Shown: positions 42,212 to 44,364 of the stretch, in pieces
How the letters are laid out: each line of letters begins with the position of its first letter
How positions within the stretch are numbered: position 1 is the first letter of the stretch
IMG/VR virus record: IMGVR_UViG_3300020045_001891
Coordinates: 1-44,364 of that record
DNA length: 44,364 nt
Source of the DNA: a virus
Taxonomy: Duplodnaviria > Caudoviricetes
Strand: one strand, 5' to 3'
The notes under the pieces: generated by a model
What the model was told of the DNA's origin: nothing
Seen by the model: only the letters and a program-made list of their open reading frames with translations
Databases searched by the model: none
Position numbers and translations under genes: made by a program

Positions 42212-44290
42212 TTAGGCCTCCAAATTGAAAATTGGGATTTCGAAATGCGGCGGAAGGTGCGGGAAACTGTGCATAGTACCTGCCAGAACTGACGTGTCGG
42301 AAGTACTGTCGCGCAGGTTCCCAGACGCCGCAGATGCGGCGACCGAAAGGCCAGAGCCGCGATAGTCCAGCGCGTATCGTAGCTTGGCATTGGTCGAGAG
42401 CGCACGATTGAGCGTCATCGTCACGGCATCACCAGAGGTGCTTACCGCGATGTTGCTCAATGTCAGCGTGCCCGCGTCATCGACTACCTTGAACCCCATA
42501 TCCGTTGCCGCCGCCAGCGTAGTCGTATCAAGCACAAGCGGGCGTGTTGGCACCCGAAACAGGGCTGTGAGTGTAGTACCATTGGCTCGCGTCGTGGCGC
42601 TAATAGGCCAGATCGCATCAGGCTTACGCGCCTCCCACACCAACTGCTGATAGGCCCGACCGAATACCCGGCCACGCCGCCACTGTGACGTTGGTGTCAT
42701 ATGGATCGTATCGCCCGTGTAGGCTTCGTTTGCGCGGTTGCCGACCATATGGATGCGCGGATTTGCCTTCACCGCATCAAACGCGCCAAGGATCGCCGCC
42801 GACGATGTTGTGGCTTTCCACGGTGGCTGACAAATGATCAAATGGACAGGGCTGGACTGCCCGGTGATCGCCTGTGCATCAGTCGTCATATCAGCCTGCA
42901 ACTGGCTGAGTGCCGCAGCATATGTGGCGCGCGCCGTTGCAGCATCTGCGTCGGCTTCACCTTGATCATAGCAGACGGCGTGAAGCACATAGGCCACACC
43001 GGCGGCGGTTGCACGTGCCTTGGCCTCTGTGACGTGGTCAATGAAGTTGACGTACCATGCCGCCGCCTTGTTCAGTTGGTTGATCCGATACCCGCCATGC
43101 CCCGGTGCCGACGCGAAGATAACCGTCGAAGTGGTAGCCTGATCGCGTTCAATCGCGCGTTGGATGGCATAGTTCGATGCAGAACTAGTAGGGCTTTCCG
43201 ACATCGGGCTAGCATTGCCTTCGCCATTGGCGTTGTCCTCGTAAAGCGCGCGCGTCGTCGTTGTGCCGGGTGAAGTATTAGTTCCGCCGACCGAGTTTCC
43301 CGGCTTGTTCGACCGAGGGCCACCGCCGAATGTAAGGTTGGCGTAGGGCTGCGCGGCAGTGACCGGTGAAATGCCACTGGCGTTGACCTGTCCTGTAGAG
43401 TTGCTCTGCCCGTAAACGATCAGACCATTCCAGCCATCCGCCGTGGGCTGCGCGCGATCCGCTGTCGATATGGCAATGGCTGCCACACTTGTGCCTGCTG
43501 ACAGCCGGTCAACGCCGGAGCCATAAAGCCCGCCAGTCGCACTATCGACACCCAACACAGTGCCGTTTGCAGCATCTGTGATAACGGGGAACCTGCCAGA
43601 AATACCTGAAAATCCGAGAATGCCCGCAGTTCGGCCTAGCAACCGCCGCACAAGCCGACGCACGCCGCTGCCGTCTAATTCACCAGTGTTGCGGTTTGCT
43701 CCCAAGAACAGTCCGCTGAGCGCGTCCACCACCATCGGATGAATTACATCGGCTGTGCCAGAATAACCCTGCACGTTTTGCTGCGCGAATGCAGCCCTGT
43801 TATAGGACTTCTCAAGCGCGCTTAACTTTGGGACGATAGCCCCTGCCTCCGCAGCATTTTCCGCAGCCGCCGCCGCCGCATCCCCCGCCTTCCTCCCATC
43901 GCTATCGTCCTCCCGAACCCACGTAAGCGGGTCAGCCACGGTCAGCACATAAACACCGCCATCGCGCGTGATCGTGCTGTCACCCACTTCCAGCAGCGCG
44001 TTGGTGTAGGCTTCCAGTTCGGTTTCGTCAGCGAAGGGCTGGTTACCGAGGAAGGATTGCAGGGATGCACGGTCGGCTTGCGTGGTGGCTTCCGCAGCCG
44101 CCGCAACGGCGGTGTCAGCCGCTCCCGCTTCCCAGCCAGTGTCCTGAACCACCTTCTGAATCGAAGGCACCTCAACACCGCCATCCAGCGTCACCGTCGC
44201 ATCAGGCCCACCGTTCGTGAAGCCGTCGATGCGCTCCATATTCGTGACTGCTTTGTCAACGGCAGCCTGCATTTCAGATGCTGTGGTCAT
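42212..44290 (-). CDS. fibre/tailspike with SASA (DUF303) O-acetylesterase domain
   Basis: GQSNS, QGEAD, DTIH catalytic motifs; fibre-type N-terminus IDGFTNG..VPSIQK. Confidence 0.8.
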   Translation of the reverse strand: MTTASEMQAAVDKAVTNMERIDGFTNGGPDATVTLDGGVEVPSIQKVVQDTGWEAGAADTAVAAAAEATTQADRASLQSFLGNQPFADETELEAYTNALLEVGDSTITRDGGVYVLTVADPLTWVREDDSDGRKAGDAAAAAAENAAEAGAIVPKLSALEKSYNRAAFAQQNVQGYSGTADVIHPMVVDALSGLFLGANRNTGELDGSGVRRLVRRLLGRTAGILGFSGISGRFPVITDAANGTVLGVDSATGGLYGSGVDRLSAGTSVAAIAISTADRAQPTADGWNGLIVYGQSNSTGQVNASGISPVTAAQPYANLTFGGGPRSNKPGNSVGGTNTSPGTTTTRALYEDNANGEGNASPMSESPTSSASNYAIQRAIERDQATTSTVIFASAPGHGGYRINQLNKAAAWYVNFIDHVTEAKARATAAGVAYVLHAVCYDQGEADADAATARATYAAALSQLQADMTTDAQAITGQSSPVHLIICQPPWKATTSSAAILGAFDAVKANPRIHMVGNRANEAYTGDTIHMTPTSQWRRGRVFGRAYQQLVWEARKPDAIWPISATTRANGTTLTALFRVPTRPLVLDTTTLAAATDMGFKVVDDAGTLTLSNIAVSTSGDAVTMTLNRALSTNAKLRYALDYRGSGLSVAASAASGNLRDSTSDTSVLAGTMHSFPHLPPHFEIPIFNLEA

Positions 44291-44364
44291 TGGTCGCCTT
44301 TCAAAATCTCATGCTTCACTTTCTCGCCATCGCGCCAGACGCGCCATTTCCCCGGCGCGCAGAT

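Noticed and set aside
1-44364. CRISPR array, diversity-generating retroelement, intron, intein, transposase or integrase
   Set aside because: No spaced direct repeats, RT or recombinase motifs, or interrupted core genes were seen by eye

Overview
About 44 kb of a tailed dsDNA phage (siphovirus architecture, lambda-type head and packaging module). The host is alphaproteobacterial, from a GapR/DUF2312 gene; a sphingomonad is plausible but is inference. Positions 1-11.4 kb (+) are a dense early/accessory cluster: many small hypotheticals plus ThyA, dNMP kinase, a Lar-like protein, an ECF-like sigma factor, GapR and an MT-A70 methyltransferase. Positions 11.4-44.3 kb (-), in transcription order, encode two fibre/spike proteins, a structured non-coding region, TerS, TerL (GpA), gpW, portal, S49 protease/scaffold, gpD, gpE, head-tail joining, tail tube, chaperones with an A_AAA_AAG -1 frameshift, tape measure, tail-tip genes, a holin/GH19 endolysin/two-spanin cassette and a metallophosphoesterase. 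Signals beyond the gene list: (1) a 15-bp TCA[AC]-N7-[GT]TGA palindrome in most intergenic regions, often over the -10 box; (2) two tandem small transcription units at 40.5-40.8 kb, one a likely sRNA with anti-Shine-Dalgarno loops complementary to the phage's AGGGAG RBS; (3) a shared terminal acidic F-x-x-[LMI]-F peptide on five unrelated proteins; (4) a small protein carrying a copy of a portal segment; (5) an orphan tRNA-3'-end att-like site with no integrase in the window; (6) a helical motif shared by an uncalled small ORF and the distal-tail C-terminus. All calls are by eye from motifs and synteny; no searches were run.
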